Source of the DNA: Lepidodermella squamata
Taxonomy: Eukaryota; Animalia; Gastrotricha
DNA: 64,000 nt
Assembly (NCBI GenBank): GCA_047495785.1
Contig: JBLDXI010000043.1
Coordinates: 310,001-374,000 of the forward strand
Direction of reading: 5' to 3'
This document shows positions 1 through 11,170 of the stretch, in pieces (the stretch's first letter is position 1; each line of letters starts with the position of its first letter). The notes beneath the pieces are model-generated. The model searched no databases. It was given only the letters and a program-made list of their open reading frames with translations, and had not been told where the DNA came from. The position numbers were made by a program, and so were the translations under genes.

Positions 1-3000
1 GTGACGCTGGACCCCCGGGCCCAGGCATTAGGGGTGAAAAGGGTTCTCGTGGGCCTCGTGGGACGAAGGCTTGCTGTACTAAACCACCTGTTGAGCGATC
101 CTACGGCCGAACGCCCAGCCTATACGTTGTGCACACGCAGTCGACAAGTGACGTAAGTCCTAATTCATCGACCTAATTTCGGACATCTCTATTTTGATCA
201 TTTGAATTTAATTTAGGAAGCTACGTGTCTGGACGAAAATGCTGAGCTGTTGTGGACCGGCTATTCTTTCTTGTATGGGGATATCAATCGAGTTGCCACT
301 GGCCAGGATTTAGGTACGATTTTTCGCTCATAGTAGTATTGATCGTCCTTTGCCCTATTCGTTTTAGGCCCGATTTAGGCGTAATTTAAATTTCTTTTCA
401 AATTCTGATTATTTGTTTATAAATCGTACATTTTCCATATTTTTTATACTATTCGAAGAAATATCGAGTAAATGTTTGAAATTGAAAACAATGGACGCAA
501 CTTTTTTCCGCAGCAAATAACTTTTTCTCGCAGTATAATTTTAAATAGCGCAAATTGCCTTGCAAATTTTACCAAACGATTTCTAGTTCAAAACTGAGAA
601 GGAAAATATATCGCTTTTAGTCAAGGGTCAAATGTCACAATTTTTTGATCGAATTATTCGAATAAGAGCTAATTTATGTCCTATTCTACAACAAGTTGAA
701 AGGATGTTTGGGCAGTGGTCATTGTTGTATTCAATGATTTTCTATTTCTGTCCAAGACCCCTGAAACGGTTGTCTAGAATCGCTCACTCAAAACGCCATC
801 GACTAATAAGCCAGGAAAGTCCTTTGACACTATAGCTCTTCCCAGGAACGTTCGCTTGGATACCTTGGATAACTTGAACGTTGAAAGTATTGCATACTTC
901 TCTCCTCCCGGGAGCCGGCAAAAAACTCGGGCTGCTCACCAATCTTATGTAGACCAACAAAAGTTTTCCATCGGAAGTTCAGTTCAGTTCCGTTGAAAGC
1001 GTTAAGATGTAATAAGTAGTTAATAAAAGTAAAGAATAATGACTGGTAAAACCAAATAACCAGCGACAAGGGAGCCCGTGTCACAGGCCGCGTGCGAGAA
1101 CAAAGAAAACGCTGTAATCCTGTGGGAAGTGGGAAGAGTGGGAATGACACATTTTCTGCTTCAATTTTGAGAAAGGAATCGTTTAGAGAAATTTGCAACA
1201 AAATTTGCGCTAATTTAGGTTATACTGCGAGAAAAAGTCGATTTGCTGTGGAGAAAAGTCCTTACTGCGCGAAAAAGTGTGTTACTGCGAAAAAAAGATA
1301 TTTACTGCGGGATAAAGTATTTTTCAAAACAATTTTCGAGGGAAATTCGAAATTTAAATTCCGAAATTTCGAAATTTCAAAAATAGGAATTCCTTTATTT
1401 TTGACCCATTTTGGCGCAATTTCGAAAAATCCTAATTTGAAAATTAGATTTTCATTGAAATTGTTATTATTTCTGACTCATGATTTTTTCGAAATCCAGG
1501 TCCATAATTTTCAGTGATTGACCTTATTCTTTCAATGCAAATTGTTTAGGTCGACCTGGGTCATGCATTCCGCGCCTTGACCCGATTCCGTACACCGACT
1601 GCTCGCCTGGCATGCCATGCGTGACGAACCAGCGATCCATGCAAGCCATTTGGCTGCTCGCCCAGCAAAACGTCAGCGCCATCAGCCAGATCCCGTTCTC
1701 AAACCTGTCCAGCTACGTGTCGCGATGTGCGGTTTGCATAGCGAAATCGCCCGTGATCACGCTGCACCGAGCGACGAAATGCCCGGCGGATACGCGCAAG
1801 CTGTGGAGCGGCTACAGCTTGGCCATGTTCACGAGCTCGATGCTGTCCGTCTCGGCTGATTTGTCGCATTCTGGGTCGTGTTTGCAGAAGTTTCAAACGG
1901 GCCTCGCTATCGAGTGCGACACGTCGCAGAATTGCCGGCGCTACAACGATTTCCGCAGGTGGGCATTTTTCATTTTTCTACCTAAAATTAGGAAAAAACA
2001 CTAACTTTTCCCGAAAACATGATAATGCATATTAGACAAAATTATTCGGAAATTTTGAATTTTTTTTGAAATTTCAAGACAAATTCCCATTCACTCGAAT
2101 GATTATGAAATTTTCGCAAATTCAGGTCGAATCCCGCAATGTCCCGCCTTGTTGAGGTTTATATTTGATGGCTATTAAGGATGATAAAATTCAGTACTGT
2201 CGCGATACGATTTCTCGATCGAAAACCAAATTCTGTGAAATAATCTGATTGTAATTTTCAATATTGAATGGGCTGTCACTTGGCCGAAATTTCGGGTTCC
2301 AGCGCTAAATTTGAGTATTTTCCTTGAATGCTCTCGTATTTTTCCGGGATTTCTAGAATTTCAACCTCGAAACTTCGAACAATTCTAAAATTGGTTAATC
2401 ATTCATTGTTGACGTTTTCGAACAGACTTGACCCCTCGGCTACTATTATAGGGATTGGCTATTATTAGCGATTGGGCCACTTTCCTCGTTCCTCGTCTTT
2501 CTTAGAACCTCATTTTTCATCATCAATTCAGCTTAATCATCAATTCTCGGTTGCTCATTATTCCCTCGGTTATCTTTAAATTTTAAAATTTTAATTTTTT
2601 TCAATTTTCAAAAATCGCGCAACCATTCGTGATTTTTTTGCCGATTTGATGCATTTGTCTGATTAGAGTCGATATGGTGTTGCAATGGATTTCACGGTGC
2701 TATCAAAATATTAGAAATATCTCAGAAATAGGAATTGCATTGGTTTTCAACCAACTAATCAAGTCCCGAACCCTGGGATTTTTTTCATTTTTCTTCATCG
2801 ATTAGAATCAGGTTATTTTTCCTGTGAAATTTTCTTTGAAATCACGCTCTCAGTGTAGTCAAAGTTTAGCGGAATCAGCAAAGCCAAATTGGAACATTTT
2901 TTCATATTGGAATAGCTCGGAAATTTAAATCAGGACATCAGGAATCAGAAAATGCAGTTAATTATGACGAAATTCAGCGTACATTTTTCTGGATATTTTT

Positions 3001-5221
3001 ACTTGCTGTCTTTATTTTTTGAGAAATTTATTTTGACAATTTAACAATCTTGTGGCTTCGATTTTCACGAGAACATCACTTGATTTAGATCGCGATCATT
3101 TTTCTTAGATTCAAACCCCGACAAATCGCTTTGGATATTGACTATTGTCATAATCTGTTGTCTAATTTTACGATTTATTTCCCCTAAAACAGCCATTGGT
3201 TGCACGGCCTGAACGATCGAACGCCAGGCGAGGCTGAGAACTGCGTAGTCTGCGTCGACGAGCGAACAAACGACTTCGACCGCGACCTGCCGCGGCCGCG
3301 CATCTACGCCGAACACTACCAATCACCCGCCGCACCCATCAACCCATGCTCATCCGCCCCGGGCACGTTTCCAATCATGACAGCCGGCTATTCGTTACTG
3401 CACCTCGAAGACACGCGAGCCGTAGTCCAAGACCTAGGCTCAGCCGGGTCTTGCCTACCCCGCTTCTCACCTGTCCCATTCTTAACCTGCCCGACTTTCG
3501 GATCCTGCTACGCCAAGGAGCGCCAGACCAAGGCGGCGTGGCTGAGCGGGCTATGGGCGCCTCCGATGGGTGCTTCGAAGAGTTCGATGAACCTAGCGAC
3601 AAGTCCGAGTGTCCTATCTCGATGCAGTATCTGTATATCGGACGCGCCTGTTGTGACGATTCACAGCCATACTACGCTGGTTCCGACGTGCCCGGCTAAG
3701 GCGGGCAAATGGGTGGCGCTGTGGAGTGGTTACAGCTATTTGGGCCATTTCACGAATGCGGCCGGTGGGCAGCAGCCGTTGGATAGTCCTGGGTCGTGCC
3801 TTCGCGAGTTCATGACTCCGGTTTACTTTGAGTGTGCTGGCGCGACGGGCGAGTGCCGATTCCAGGCTGATCAACACGAGTAAGTTGATAGACTGATTAA
3901 ACTAGATCGCTGTGAAAGCAAACACAGGGTGGATTAAGACTAGGGGAATAAATATAGGAAGGGAGGGAACGAACAAGGGGTAATTGAAAGGATAGGAAGG
4001 GAAAGGAAGAACAGGGTCCTCTGGAAAAAGAAGGTTAATACTGTTGGGCGATGTAGAGAATAATAGAATGTAATTTGCAATATGAGCAATGAAGACAAGG
4101 TGAAAGATGGAGAGTCATGAAGAGGATGGATAGGTTTTAATGGTGAGATATGAGGAGAGAGAACGCATGCCTGAGCCCTGAGCTTCATGAGAAATCCGGA
4201 ATATGAAGTTTTGACGGAATAGGGAGAGGGAATTGTTTAAAAAAAGAAGTAATGCGAAATGGAAAAGGAAAGGGAGGGGAATAGGGTAATGGAAAAGGAA
4301 AGTAAGGATAAAATAGATACGAAAAGAAGGGAAGGGGAGGGAAGGCAAACGAAAGAAAAGGGAAGGAAGGGGAAAGGGAAAGAAACGAGAAGAGAATGCC
4401 CCTTGAAGAAACGAAAAAAGCGGAAGGTGTTGAACGCGCGTAAGAGGAAGAATTGAGAAGACAGGTTTATTACAAAAAGTAAAGGACAAGAATAAATGTT
4501 TTTTACTTGGCTACTCGTCACCTTGAAACTGGCGTAAACAAACCGAGCTATTCAATGGCGCAAACGGATAGTAATGTACAGAGAGCTATATGAAGTTTTT
4601 GTAGCCGGAGTAATCTGAGAATCATAGAGAAAAAAATGACCAGAGTAAGCACTCAAGCTAAAATTGCAGAATCTTAATTTTTATTAAAAGTTGAATTCTG
4701 TTGTTCACCAAATTTTGCATGCATATAGAACGCGAGCTGCTCTTTCACGCGGTTTAAGATTTGAGGTGGGCAACCCGTCTGTTGTTACGATACCAAAACC
4801 TCGTTTTCACTATGGTTTCATTTGATTTTGATGAGATCAAGACTGAGCAGCAATTGCCCACCTCAAAACCTATCCTATGTGAAAGAGCAGCTCGCGTTCT
4901 ATATGCATGCAAAATTTGGTGAAAAACGGAGATAAGTTAACTTTGAAACAAAAATGAAGATTCTGAAATTTTAACCTTGAGTGCTCACTCTAGTCATTTT
5001 TTTCTCTATGCTCAGAATGGAGGTCCCAAGCGAACCTTATGAGAAAACTTTGATTAACAATAACTTTGCTTTCTGTTAGTTTCTGGCTTGCCGCATCGAA
5101 CAGTGCTGAAGCGCCGGGTTTGCAGCGCAAAATGCGTCAAACTTTGACGATGGATCGAGGCTCGCAAACTGCCGGTCAAATCAGCCGCTGTGTTGTCTGT
5201 AAAATGGTCATCAACAACTAA
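1..5221 (+). CDS. Type IV collagen alpha chain, 3' part (end of Gly-X-Y region plus two tandem NC1 domains); exons <1-152, 217-313, 1550-1958, 3193-3879, 5080-5221
   Basis: Starts with GPPGPGIRGEKGSRGPRG. NC1/C4 motifs follow four times: (VVHTQS..LWTGYSFL..GQDLGRPGSC..WLL..SRCAVC), (LWSGYSL..SGSCLQKF..HWL..CVVC), (EHYQS..GYSLL..QDLGSAGSCLPRF..WLS..SRCSIC), (IHSHT..LWSGYSYL..LDSPGSCLREF..FWL..SRCVVCKM*). All introns are GT-AG and phase-consistent; stop TAA at 5219-5221. Confidence 0.92.
500..1320. repeat. Foldback/MITE-like element in a collagen intron: ~80-bp imperfect inverted arms (~500-585 and ~1175-1260) plus a 20-bp tandem array (5 units, 1221-1320)
   Basis: The reverse complement of ACTTTTTCTCGCAGTATAATTTTAAATAGCGCAAATTGCCTTGCAAATTT matches AAATTTGCAACAAAATTTGCGCTAATTTAGGTTATACTGCGAGAAAAAGT. 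A TACTGCG..AAAAG unit repeats with period 20. Confidence 0.65.
3940..4470 (+). repeat. Purine-rich low-complexity tract (GA-rich) in a collagen intron
   Basis: Long runs of G/A (ggaaaaggaaagggaggggg...). The ORFs here are compositional artefacts. Confidence 0.8.
4614..5016. mobile_element. MITE with ~150-bp terminal inverted repeats, in the last collagen intron
   Basis: CATAGAGAAAAAAATGAC...CACCAAATTTTGCATGCATATAGAACGCGAGCTGCTCTTTCAC is mirrored by GTGAAAGAGCAGCTCGCGTTCTATATGCATGCAAAATTTGGTG...GTCATTTTTTTCTCTATG. No coding capacity. Confidence 0.8.
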
Positions 5222-5472
5222 CCATTCGCAAGTAAAAACCCATGGATTAATGGCCAACTTCTTATAACCGCGATGAGTTAACTGAATCTCTTATCTCTGT
5301 ATACTACTGATTGACGAATTGTTACCGATTGTCTAATTGTTGCACCCTTGTAAAATGAACATTTTCTTGGCCGTTATGAAAAAAATAAAACTGAACTTTA
5401 TTTCAACGCATTTAAGGGAAAAATGAAATCGCTTCACTCTCATAATGAAAGCGAGAACAAATTATATCTGTT

Positions 5473-6218
5473 CTAAACTCTTATTGGTACTGATCGTCTT
5501 GGGTTGCAGTCTCCTGCTGATGACCAAGTAGCATTTGAGAGGCAATTGATTTCGGCACTTCCGACCAGCTGAAAATTGTCGTTGCACGTGACCTTTCCGG
5601 AAGATCCGACGGAAGTCCCGTCTACAGACACTACACCATTCAAAACAAGCGGCGGCTGACCACAGTGGCGTCGATCTTTAAAATAATACGATGCGATGCA
5701 GAAACCAGGCTCGGTCCATTTACCATCCGGCTTGCACATAACTTGAACCCGGCCTAGTATCCGATACCCAGGGTGGCAATGCAGGACCCAAACATCGGGA
5801 AAAGCCCTCATCAAACTGCCTGCACTTCTCAGCTTCCCATTATTGATTTGCGGCAATGCTCCACAGCCTGAAACAGAAGATGGGAAAAGATTAAATTGAG
5901 CAAATGTTGGACCAGCCGATATTTACTTATCGGGACGCAGCGACTGTTGACAGATGGTTCTAATGGTGGCATGCAAGTCGAAACTGTTGAAGCGGACGTG
6001 TTATTGTAGCCTTCATCGCAGGTAATTTTCACGACTTTCCCACTTTCTATCGAGTCGCCAGGTTCTAGAAATTTACCAACATCCGCCGATGTCTTCGGGT
6101 CAAGCTCCGTGAGATAGCCATTGATAATCGAGGGGACAGCGCAATAATGTTCATAAGCTCGAACGGTAAACAAGCTTGGTATTAGGATTAAAATGACTTC
6201 AGAAAAGGGGAGCTTCAT
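5473..6218 (-). CDS. Secreted protein with three CCP/Sushi modules (exons 6218-5927, 5867-5473)
   Basis: Signal peptide MKLPFSEVILILIPSLFTVRA. CCP patterns: C..P...NG...C..GY...C....W....C (e.g. CHPGYRILGRVQVMCKPDGKWTEPGFC; CGQPPLVLNG..CNDNFQLVGSAEINCLSNATWS). 59-nt GT-AG intron; downstream AATAAA on the minus strand. Confidence 0.88.
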
Positions 6219-6508
6219 TTTACTACAGAAATAAAAAACGCTTTTAAGCTCATGTTTATTTTTGTAAAACATGTCAAAAGTTGTTACACGAGTAAGAAAA
6301 AGCGTGTGCGCCCGTAAATTGAACTCTAAAGCATGATTAGTTAGGGAGTTGTTCAACAAATGACCGCTAACAAGTGAAAAGTGGGGATTGGCAGAACTTC
6401 TGACCTCGTGATGCCGATTTCAAGGTCAATAAACGAGGAATTGAACGATATCAAAGTTATCAGGGCCGCTTTAAGGTTTTCACGTGCAAAATACAAATAT
6501 CTAAATTC

Positions 6509-7111
6509 TATACAATATCTGGGAGCTTTGTAGCGGATAGCGGAAAATATTCGCCTGAAGGCCAGCTATGGAGACCTGAGGCGCAGCCGAAGGTCGGAAT
6601 AGCGGCCTGAATAGTACGCAAGAAGAATTCCCAGTCAACCAGCCAGTCACCCAGCGATGAAACGGTGTCGGCTGGCGACTTGTTTGCTCTAACATCCTCT
6701 CTTGGCGCCACACTGATTCTCGAGTTGATCTGAGCCCGCCCCAGAGCAAGATCGAGCGCAAGTTGCGATCGACGATGATTCTCGGCTCCGTTGGATTTTC
6801 TGCTGAATCGAACCTGACCCAGGCGAATCATCGGCCCACTTGTTCCCGTGTCTTTGCTGCATATTCTTTAACCTTGTTAATTTTCTCGCAATTACGGAAT
6901 AATAAAATTTAGGGGGTCGCGGGGGTTTCGGCGCCTCAGTATTTTGTGAGTTTTGTTTCCGTGCTCAAATAAATCGAAAATTGGGGTGAATGCTGCCAAA
7001 ATTTCAAGCCATGACTTGAGGATAGCATGATATCCTGGTTCAAACAGCCCGGGATAGCAGAAAATATTCCGGGCTGTTTTACGGCGTATTTTCCACTATG
7101 ATCCGGATAAC
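6509..7111. mobile_element. Internally deleted copy of the dispersed repeat at 12168-13165
   Basis: Near-identical ends (TATACAATATCTGGGAGCTTTGTAGCGGATAG... and ...CCACTATGATCCGGATAAC). Lacks roughly the segment 12270-12615 of the longer copy. Confidence 0.85.
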
Positions 7112-7466
7112 TAAAGATATTGAGTTTTTGCATCAATTACATCATCACCTACATCATATATTGCATAATAATCCCATAATTCATAATTGCATCATAATTG
7201 CATAATAACAGTTCGAATAAATTCACCATAGGAAGATCGCTTGTTTCCTATCCGTTACAGTCTTGTCTATGATATAGAAAAGACAACCAAATGGTCTAAT
7301 ATCAAACATGAGGGCATTGAACAAAGGAATTTAATGCATATAGGAGTAAAATAAGGAAAAATCACTTGATCAGAAACTGATTTTATTGCTGGGATAATTG
7401 ATGGCTTGGTCATGAAATCACGCCAGTTAATAGACTGCGCACATTTTTCGACACAATTTCCCATGA

Positions 7467-9492
7467 TCAATTAGCAGGAACTACCGAACAAACGCGGTTA
7501 ACGTAGTTGAAACCACTGCAACCGTTGATGTCTGTCGTAGTCGACGAGGTTTTTCGGTTGTTCACAACATTGAACTTCCAGTCGTAAGTTGGCGCTATGC
7601 CGGCATTGTCCCAACTGCAGTAGTTGCCGCACTCCGCGCCGTTGTACATCTTCATGGCTACAGCATGCTCGATTGTACGCGAAGTGCCATCTCGGAACAA
7701 ACAGTTCGCCTCGCGTCTATCAGGGACTGGTTTACCATTGGCCTGCTGCCGCTGTCTTCGCATCCAATCAACAGCCTCGGCCTGCTTAGATAGCAAAACT
7801 TGAACGCCGTGTCTCGTATTCGCCTGCCAACTCCAAACATCCTCACATGTAACATCTGGATTGATTTTACCCTTGGTAAGTTGGAAAACCCCGTAACCGT
7901 CGTCGTACGATCTAAGTGGGTATCCAGATTGTTCGAATTGCTTCGCACCAGTTTCGTGAATCCCAATGTACTCGGCGTACCACAGTTTTGTCAACGATCT
8001 TACGTAGATGATAAAGTCACTGCGAATTGGCTGGGAGCCGAGAATTTTAAAGCTCAAGCTGCCTGAAACAGCGCCACTCCACGTTAGAACAGCATCGCCT
8101 CCCTGAATGTTGGAACCACCGAATTCGGAGGCTATGTTCCAAGCCGTCCCAGTGTAGCTCACAGTTCGCTTCATGCAAACACCGTCCTGTTTGGTAGGAC
8201 TCAACGTGAACTGCCACTTCAGCGCTGTTGTTTCGTCGCAGAGTTGCGCTTTCAAACTCGGAAATTTCGCTTCCTTTGTTATGTAAATCGTATCGCCATT
8301 TCTGACATCTCGACCCTGGCTGATGACTTTGACGGTTGGACTTGCGGCATTCGATGAGCTCTCGCATGGAGACGGGCACTGCAGGCGGAAATCCCACGCC
8401 GTGCCAGTTGTGCCCTCGCAGTTTGGTTCGACGTTGATTCTCAGTTCGGAGGATGCACTCGTATCTACTTTTGTTTTCTTCCAGTCGCCAGTACCTGTGA
8501 TTTTGAAATACCATAATCAGTTTGGATTGAGAAAACTTTCAATTCGACCTTCAAGAGCGAACTTTAGTGATCTCTCGAATTTCGCCTAGTTTTCGGCGAT
8601 TTGAATTCATATTATTCAAAAAAGGTAAATTGATGATAAAAAGCAGCCCACCTACGCATCCACTGTCGAAAACTAGCTGGTCATCAGAGAAAGCCGTGAC
8701 TCGATCTTTCACGCTGTAAGTCTGATAATTCAACTCGAGCTTGCCGCCACCATTTTGGCCAAGGTAGTACCGCCTCGTCACCGGCGTATCAGCGCCCGAC
8801 ACTTGGCTGTCATCGCAATCAGCACAGCTGACGGAACACGGCGAATTCGGGTCTGCCTCGCATTGCGAACCACAGGCTATCGGCATGTCAATCGGGGTCG
8901 CCCCAGCTGAGCCTTCCTTACCGTCCTTTGATATGTAATAAGGCCGCCAAGATGTAGCTTGACACGACGACTGGTCATCGACGCACATCGACACAGGGAT
9001 CCCGACATCGACCTTGTAAATCACGCTTCGGTCGCTCAACTTTGATACAATCATCAATCCCGAGTTGAATTTACCAGCCAGTGACAATGGAATGGCGTTG
9101 ATTGTTTTCGAATCTCCGAATCTGATGCCGATAGCAGGGTCGCTATCGGGCGATCTTTTCAATCGCTGCATTGTAGGCCCCGGTAGCCAAACGTACATGA
9201 AACTGAGCCGGCCAGCCTCGGCAACTTGAGATGAATAATCGATGCGAACGCCCACTCCCGCTAGTGATTCGCGACTGCTATCCAGAGGGGCCAATTCCGG
9301 CGGTCCTTGTTTCAGGCTTTCAGCGGAGACCGCAAAGCTGCCGTTGGGAAATTCCGCGCTCTCGGTGAGGAAATCTTCAATGTTTTGTTTCTTTTCGCTG
9401 CTTTGCGTTAGAATAACAGCTAAGGCTACAATACCAGCAGCTAGAACAATCGCAACGATGACGCTTGTCACTATAATGCAGGCTTTTCCCAT
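7467..9492 (-). CDS. ~622-aa type II membrane-anchored protein with a Cys-containing ectodomain and a C-terminal lysozyme-fold / lytic-transglycosylase (SLT)-like domain (exons 9492-8652, 8494-7467)
   Basis: N-terminal anchor IIVTSVIVAIVLAAGIVALAVIL. A 157-nt phase-1 GT-AG intron joins the two ORFs in frame (..DSGCV|GTGDWKK..) with no stops. SLT-like motifs occur in the expected order: IGIHET, GYGVFQLT, WQANTRHGVQVL, AMKMYNG, YVNRV. Confidence 0.8.
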
Positions 9493-11170
9493 TTTAAAAT
9501 ATAAAACCTTGTGAATTGAAATGTTTGGTTCAAGGTCGAATATCCGATGAAATAGATGATAGAAAATACTGGGCAAAAATATTGAGGACTGAATTGCGGA
9601 AAATCAACAACACCGATTGTTATAGGAATGTAGGTGGTGTTTTGCATAGTGAACTCAATGATGAATCGGCTATTTTTTGCTGATTAATTTGATTAATTTG
9701 ACGGAGATCAATGAAAAATATGTGCAAAAACTACTACCACAACAAAATTCACCACCATATTATCATCGACGCAGTAAATAAAAATGGACTTCGACTCTCA
9801 AATCCGGCCTACAATGAAGATCGACCTTTCCTTAGAGGGAGTGACTTCCTAGCCTAGGAGAATTTTTGGTTTCGAATTTATGGGATCGGATTCTTGAGTT
9901 TAATTTCCCGAGACCTTTCGGGCTGATGTGTGGGTGCCCCTTTAGCCCGTAACTTTGCACACTGGCTGGCTTTTTGGCTATGATATTAAGAAGTTTTATT
10001 GCCCTGTGAAATTATCATAATACTCGCTCTTATCTGAGCTTTTTAAATTTTTCCTTGGAGAAACTTTAAAGCAGCTGGTTACGCCCAAATGCCGCTCGCT
10101 TTTATCGGGACAATTTTGGTATTCCATGGAAAAATCAGCGGCTATCTATATTATCTATAGTGTGAAAACAATAGTTAGACGTTCAAACCACGAAGGTAGC
10201 TTCAGGTCATGCTAACAACGACACTTCAAAACGCCCGGGTATCAAATGTTGTAATGCTTAAAGAATTATACAATTTAATCACAGCTAATGTTGAAGATGC
10301 TAGATGTTCGTCAATTCTAGGACAATCTTAGTTTTGCCAGGCCAAAGTTGAAACAGTTGAAGGGTGACTGAGAGACGGTTTCATACTGAAATGAAAAAAA
10401 AACAAATTATCCATGAAATTAATCGAAGAACGTTTCAATTGCCATCGGAACTACGGCAACTTCAATTTGCGTGAATAAATATTGCCGCAACTTCAAAACT
10501 TCAAAAAAGCTTAGGAGGGCTTAACTTTCTAGTAAAAACAACAACTTGCTATAATTAGCTATTCAAAAGAAATAAGATGGCAGCCGAACTTTCATTTGTT
10601 GAGATTGCAAATCAATGAATCAGCATGGGGACTCTTTAATGCCAACGAGGGTATCGAACTTTCAAGCTAACGATGCCCTCGCAGCTCACAGTATTGGTTT
10701 CCTGTACGCCGGCATGTGGGCCTTGCGACGGAACTACTGCAGACTGTAGACCTTCAGAAGAGACATCATTTTCCAATGCACCATTTTCCTGGCAAAAATA
10801 ATGCAGTCGCACCTGGTTGAAAAATGAATTGACCGATAATATTGAAATGTTTCGAATCCCACATTAGATAACTTATTATTCTTCGAATTATTGTAAATTC
10901 TCTACATCAAGATGGATTTCGTCCACCGTTTTGTCATCTGTAGCTTTGCTTTGCCAATCAGCAATCAGGAAACATCAGAAACTGTAACGTCAACCGAAAC
11001 GAGATACCGCATGGGTCTTACAAACTAATCTTTCCTGCTTTCCTGCTCGCAGTATCACACCCAAGTGCTCAACAAGATAAAAGACAATAAAATGGAGATA
11101 TGACCTCTGCCTGCCAATGCAGTTTGTATTCTTCCTGCTCTTAGAGGCTGACATTTTTTGCTTGAGGACA

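Noticed and set aside
1221-1320. CRISPR-like array
   Set aside because: A contiguous 20-bp tandem repeat without unique spacers, in a eukaryotic intron, with no cas genes.
3940-4521. F/L/S/P-rich and K/R/E-rich ORFs
   Set aside because: Translations of a purine-rich low-complexity tract inside a collagen intron.
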